A DNA stretch of 63,375 nucleotides, filler included, from Licmophora abbreviata (taxonomy: Eukaryota): assembly GCA_900291995.1 (NCBI GenBank). It is 8 parts of 8 records of this genome, joined end to end, with 100 filler letters (N's around TTAATTAATTAA, not from the genome) between each part and the next. Parts side by side here need not be neighbours in the genome. Positions count along the whole stretch, not along the records: positions 56,146 to 63,375 come from OLMU01003044.1; 7 more parts are not named here. The stretch is one strand, 5' to 3'. The first letter of the stretch is position 1; the number at the start of each line of letters is the position of its first letter. Of the stretch, positions 58,125-63,375 are shown piece after piece. The position numbers and the translations under genes were made by a program. The notes under the pieces were generated by a model, which saw only the letters and a list, made by a program, of their open reading frames with translations, was not told the DNA's origin and made no database searches.

Positions 58125-58430
58125 GGTCGCTGTCGCGTCATGGTCCAGCGTATATCATGTCGGTGTCGTCAAACCACAAAAGTTGGGTGTCTCTCGTGCG
58201 AGAAAAATAGCGCGCCGAAACCGCGAGCTCCGGTGTTGGAGAGCACGACACGATTCCATGTGAAAGCAACCCGGACATGCTTCGTTTTCCATGGTTCATG
58301 TGATGTGGTGTGACCATGATGCAGCCGGGACGCAGGCAATGCATGTAGCTGAATGCCGCTGCCGCCTTTTCCGTAACAGAAATCGTTTCTGTTCCTCTTG
58401 GCACACAGATTAGTCGTGCAGAATATCGCA

Positions 58431-60630
58431 ATGACATCATCTTCGCAGAAACGCTTGAAACCAAAGAAGAAGCCGGGCCCGCTGTCGCTTTCTTGGACCG
58501 ACCGGATTGGGCCAGTGGCGTCTCGCGTGTCTCTCTCGTCGCAGAGCAGCAGCCGCAAGCGAAAACGAGCTTCTTCTAGTCGAAAGCCGCGTGAAACGAG
58601 CGAGGGCTCTTCTCTGTGGGTCGACAAGTATGCTCCGACGACTTCCGCGGATCTTTGCGTGGCACCGAAAAAGGTCAAGGAAGTACGCACATGGCTAGAG
58701 ACTGCGGCGGCTGCGGCGAGTGACTGCAGAATGCTAGTTTGGGTTGGAAGTCCCGGAGTGGGGAAATCGACGACGATTCGAGTACTTGCGAAAGAAATGG
58801 GATGGACAGTTCACGAGTGGAGCGATACGTACTCGACGCAGTTCACCTCGGACTACTCACCGCTCTTGTCGGTAGATCAGACCAACTCGTTGGGGTCGTT
58901 TGAGGACTTTTTGCAGCAGACAGGAACTGGCTACACGCCGCTGAGTGGAGCATCGTCATTGGAATCACCGCAGCCCAAGTCTCTCATTGTCATTGATGAA
59001 CTTCCAAATCTTTATAACTTTGAGACGGAACAACGATTCCGGTGAGTCGATGAATGTACTCGCAAGCGCCGCCCCAATTTTCAAATACCATTTCGCATAC
59101 TCACTTCATTAGTCCCCCTTCTCGACTTACCATAGAAATCTCATGACTCGACACTTGCACCATTCTAACGTGCCGACCGTCTTTCTCTTTAGTAATGTCC
59201 AAGAGGGCAAACACAGGCCCGCTGACTTGGAGCGACTCGTGGATCCACAGATATTGTACACACCGACCGTGTTGATTATGCAGTGCCATGCTGTCACCAA
59301 AGCACGCATGAAGCGGTCGCTGGAAACAATCTGCAGACGTGAATCGATTCGTGTACCCTCTGACTTTTGGGAAGAGACACATTTGCAGAGCGGGGGTGAC
59401 TTGCGGCATGCCATCATGTCGTTGCAATTTCGTGGAACCGGCAAGAAGGCTGCGAATCAGGCAGGGCTCTACGAACGAGACACGAAGCTTTCGACGTTTC
59501 ATGCTCTCGGAAAGATATTGTATGCTAAACGAAAGAAAGATGTGACTGCTGGTGAGGGCGAACGACCTCCTCTTGATTTCAATCCAGAGTCGGTCATGGA
59601 GAGAAGCGACATGGGTCTTGGCGGTGCGTTGACTTTCCTGGGATATCACGCCCCTGACTTCTTTACGGAAATCAGCGAGCTCAGTGGCACATTTGCTCAT
59701 TTCTCGGACGCGGCAATGTTTCTGGATCGATCCATGGAGGTGAGTACAAAGTAACCCAGCAGCGCCTAGAGGATGTTCGATTTCAACGGCAATCATACTG
59801 ACGGCATGGTGCCAACGACTCTTTCCCTCGTTTCCCCAATGCACGAACACAGAAGGATCACAGCGACTCTGGGATCTATCCAGGCGCATATGCGGCATCC
59901 ATCTCTGGCCGCGCGGTCGCATTTGCGAACAAGCACCCGGCGCCCACCAAGTTTCGTCAGCTCAGCGCACCCAAGGTGTTTGAAGTGTTGAGACATCGAC
60001 GACGAAACGAGACGACCTTTCAACAGCTCTGTCAGCGACTCTCAGTTGGATCCAATGAGCTCTCCTTGGAGTCCAACCTTGGTGGTTCGCGACAGTTTGT
60101 GAGAGACTCGCTTCCATATCTGCACAAGATTATCCCCCATGGTGAGTTTGTGCATAAAGCCATTGATACAGTGTCCGCGCAAATGATCCACAATCTAACA
60201 GACAAACGTATGGTTCTATTCACTCATTAATATCTCAGAGGTGGATTCATCGCTCGGCAGTCTTTATTCCTACGTGAATACAACCGAGAAGAGTCAGCTG
60301 TCTAGTCCGTCGAGTGAGAAAGCAGCTCGTCTCGCCGAAGAGCAGCGGAAGATTTTGGAGCTGGACGACATTGTCGAGGACGATGACGACATCTGGAGTG
60401 ATGACGACGACGATGATTATCCACCGACCCGCACCACCACCAAGTCGTCAATGAGCCGCCATCTTGCTCAGTCACTGTCCCCCGGTCGCCCGCTCCCTCA
60501 ATCACTGCCTGATCCTCTTATCATTGCGAAAGAAGCAGAGACGGGCATGTCAACGACGTCTTCCACGCAAGAGTCAATGGACCAGTCGTCTTCTCCCGTC
60601 ATGATGATGATGATGCAAATAGATGTGTAG
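58431..60630 (+). CDS. RAD17: Cell-cycle checkpoint clamp loader RAD17 (Rad24)
   Basis: Motifs LWVDKYAP..DLCVAPKKVKEV, GSPGVGKST, IDELP, GGDLRHAI, FHALGKILYAKR. Introns at ~59043-59135, ~59740-59852, ~60142-60238. Confidence 0.9.
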
Positions 60631-60663
60631 CTACAATAGAGTGTTGCGCTGTTTGTGTCATCA

Positions 60664-61025
60664 TCAGTAGTCTAGCAGTACAAACTTGACAAAGACAGCT
60701 GTCGCGGCGATGGATACAAGCAACGTCAACGCATAAGGAGCTAAATACTCTGCAAATCCCTTTCCATCAAATTTATCTCTGTCTGAGACGATTGGTGTCG
60801 ACGATGATGCTTCCACCTCATCGTCTTGCTTGTCGTCGTCGCTTTGGAACGACAAGTGTGAGACGAAAACTTGATGTCGCATCGTGATGATTGGAAAATT
60901 TCGGGGTACGATTGAGTGAGGCTGAGAGATAGTGAAGGCAATGCAACTGTCCATCATCATCATTGTTATACACGCCACCAGCATGGTCGCAAGAACAATA
61001 GCGCCGTTCGGCTTCATCCTCATCA

Positions 61026-61026
<1 letters not shown>
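60664..61026 (-). CDS. Small putative plastid-targeted single-TM protein
   Basis: Signal peptide ...SCIA|FTI, short transit-like region, acidic stretch, C-terminal TM helix YLAPYALTLLVSIAATAVFVKFVLLDY. Confidence 0.55.

Positions 61027-61056
<30 letters not shown>
61027..61056. repeat. (CGT)n trinucleotide microsatellite abutting the ATG
   Basis: About 10 units read directly. Confidence 0.9.
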
Positions 61057-61233
61057 TGAGGTTGTCGCGGGATGAAGATATGTGAGAGCTCCAAGCTTCC
61101 ACCCGAAACCAAACGCGGTCTTGCGAGGCTGGCGCGCGCGATCTGTCTGGGATGGCAACAAAGTTGACCCAGGTTTTCTTTTCCAAACTCCGAGAGGGAT
61201 GCTGTTGCTGTTGTTCACCTTTGCCATCACCAA

Positions 61234-62640
61234 ATGTCGGAATCGAGGAATACTTCCGACGCTATATTCTGGAACGAAGGAGATCCTGCTCCACCGGCAT
61301 CATCAGGGACCTTTTGGCCGCAATGCACTGCCTGGGTCAGCGTCGACGACGACCAGGGCGTGGCCTTGTTGGAGGGCTACAATCTTGCCAGTCATATTCC
61401 TCCCACGCTCATGGTATCGTCATTGAAGTTTCCTCCAGCTATGCTAAGAAAGTTAAAGGAGGAGGGGAGCTGTACGTTATCCGTTGCGACCGTCAGAGAA
61501 AAGCATTGTCTAAGCCGAGCATCATCTTTCTCGGCAGCGCGTGTGGAAAGTGGAGGTAGTGTCGACACTACGACATGCACCCCCGTGTCGTGGTCGTTTG
61601 ACGCATTGGACTTGAAAGCTTGTCACGACAAGCCAGACCGACCCCCTGCTGTCCAAAGCTCACCTGTGCACATGCACTGTCGTTTGCTTAATGTTGTTGA
61701 ACTGACACCGAACAATCATGATCTCATACTGCTAGAGGTAGAAACGGTGGTCATTCGCAAAGAGATCTTGTCGGAACCGTCCGAGCGTATGAAGAAAACT
61801 GGGAGAACTGGTGTACATGCCAAGATTGATGCGCAGCTCATGAAGCCTGTGGGAAGTATCGGCAATGGTCAATTTGTGAGTCTGGAGCGTTTGCATTCCA
61901 TGGAACGACCGAGAAGAACGATTGGCGTTGCGCCGAGTACGAGCACTGGTACAAGCTGGGAATCCGACGCCTTTGCAACCATACCAACACCCGATGGTTC
62001 TGGGGACTATGATGAGGACATTGAATATACCTATCACAATGATACTTCCAAGCTAGGATACAATCCAATGAAGGCTGTCGTTCTCCCGCGTCCGATTGGA
62101 TGGATCGGCACGTATCGCAAAAGTGAAGAAGACGACGATGTATTTCGTCGCATCGCCCATATTGCACCGTATAGCTTCTCTACCGACTTGGGCGGGCCAT
62201 TACTGGCGTTTTCCTCGTACCGAAAGAACTATACGGACGGGAATGACAGCAAGAAAGATGCGCAGCTCGACGCGGAGACTGCGGGCTGCTTTTCGACCAA
62301 TATTGTGACGCAAGACCTCGTGGAGCGAATGAACTTCACGTCGGCTCCATTGAAGCGGGACGAGAGTGAATTTGAGACGAGTCCTGGACTATTGCAGCAA
62401 CAGGCTGCCTTGATTGACGCACCGATAGTACAGGAGTGTCCCATTGTGGCAGAATGTCGATATCTGAAGACTGTGGATGTGGCCAGCTTTTCGATTGTCG
62501 TAGGACAAGTTGTTGGACTTAGAATGGACACAACAGTCTTGACGGAAAATGGTGAAATCGACCCTTGCAAGCTCCGTCCTGTAACGCGTTTGGGCTACAC
62601 GGACGAATACGGGGTAGCCAGTCGGATCTTAGAAAGATAA
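61234..62640 (+). CDS. Tandem flavin-reductase-like (FMN-binding split barrel, DIM6/NTAB) domain protein
   Basis: Domain 2: PMKAVVLPRPIGWI, HIAPYSF, APIVQECPIVAEC, LRPVTRLGY. Degenerate domain 1: PPAVQSSPVHMHC, MKPVGSIG. Confidence 0.75.
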   Translation: MSESRNTSDAIFWNEGDPAPPASSGTFWPQCTAWVSVDDDQGVALLEGYNLASHIPPTLMVSSLKFPPAMLRKLKEEGSCTLSVATVREKHCLSRASSFSAARVESGGSVDTTTCTPVSWSFDALDLKACHDKPDRPPAVQSSPVHMHCRLLNVVELTPNNHDLILLEVETVVIRKEILSEPSERMKKTGRTGVHAKIDAQLMKPVGSIGNGQFVSLERLHSMERPRRTIGVAPSTSTGTSWESDAFATIPTPDGSGDYDEDIEYTYHNDTSKLGYNPMKAVVLPRPIGWIGTYRKSEEDDDVFRRIAHIAPYSFSTDLGGPLLAFSSYRKNYTDGNDSKKDAQLDAETAGCFSTNIVTQDLVERMNFTSAPLKRDESEFETSPGLLQQQAALIDAPIVQECPIVAECRYLKTVDVASFSIVVGQVVGLRMDTTVLTENGEIDPCKLRPVTRLGYTDEYGVASRILER

Positions 62641-62776
62641 AAAACCCGAAATGGCACGCCCTCGACGACACGGCCTTCGCGTGTCTCGATCCTATATATG
62701 GCTGGCTCACAGAGTTTACAGTATAAGAGTAGCGTTGTCAAAACTGGAGTCCTCTATTTCTGCTTGTGTCTATAGA

Positions 62777-63375
62777 CTACTTCGTCGTGGCCTTCTTCTT
62801 GAGAGTAGAACTTTTCTTCGACGGTGCTTCGGTTGCCGACTCCTCGTCACCGTCGTTAGAGGGATTCTTAAGCTTTTTGAGAGACAGCTTGATGCGGAGC
62901 GGCTTTCGTTTCGGGGGAGGAGGTGCTTCACTGAACCCGTTCTTCTTCATGATGCGCTCCAGTTCCTTCTCTAGTGCCATTGCGTCTTGGGAGACCCATG
63001 AGTCGGCGCCGTTGAACTTGACGGCATTCGCAAACAGCTGCTTCCAATCGTCACGGAATTCCTGAACGTCAGCGTACAGATGGCCTCGGCACTTGCGAAG
63101 AATGTCATTGATCGCGATTGGCCGCTCGATGATCTGGTAGTAATCGGCGTAGGATTGCAGTATCAGGTTTCTCAAGAAAGATCTCCGATAGGCGGCGCTT
63201 CGTCGTAGGGTCCTTGAGGGCAATTACGACTTTGGTCGAGCTAATCAGCTTACGGAATGTCCATTCCGTCAGCATTCCCGGAGGACCAGCCTCCCCGCTG
63301 AGCGGTTCCGAAACATCTGCAGCGAGAGAGGCACTGGGTGCAGATGCAGTCACTTTGGGTCGCTTCCGCTTTCGT
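62777..63375 (-). CDS. C-terminal bromodomain of a larger chromatin protein (SNF2/BRM-like), 5'-truncated, with a +1 frameshift
   Basis: RRLSEIFLEKP / YADYYQIIERPIAI...Y..VQEFRDDWKQLFANAVKFNGADSWVSQDA. Confidence 0.8.

Overview
Gene-dense eukaryotic nuclear DNA, most likely from a diatom or related photosynthetic stramenopile. The evidence is short ~80-130 nt GT-AG introns, nucleus-encoded ChlD with a bipartite signal+'A-F' plastid presequence, and the algal enzyme fatty acid photodecarboxylase. Seven artificial 100-nt spacers (44 N + TTAATTAATTAA + 44 N) join contigs. About 30 protein genes and one intron-containing tRNA-Lys(CTT) can be supported: two GT60 GlcNAc-transferase paralogues, a TEY MAP kinase, a START-like protein, TatD, peroxisomal ECH1, RNase Z, a 2OG-Fe(II) oxygenase, ALG7, LAMTOR5, FAP, a P450, an SLC37-type MFS transporter, NOP2, a METTL21-like methyltransferase, two tandem copines, DJ-1, a divergent SET-like protein, MYG1, TYW2, ChlD, RAD17, a double flavin-reductase-domain protein and a bromodomain C-terminus. 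Most interesting observations: (1) a tRNA gene ends only 51 nt upstream of, and co-directional with, the RNase Z gene, a possible substrate-in-leader autoregulatory circuit; (2) an intact FAP photoenzyme with a non-canonical presequence; (3) a (TC)9 microsatellite that holds a putative targeting presequence of DJ-1 out of frame; (4) a 12-nt microexon in a GT60 gene; (5) an apparently plastid-targeted MYG1; (6) many single-base frameshifts plus one nonsense codon, which are either consensus errors or a decaying haplotype. No prokaryote-type defence system, CRISPR array or transposon was seen. Family assignments come from motif recognition only; no database search was run.
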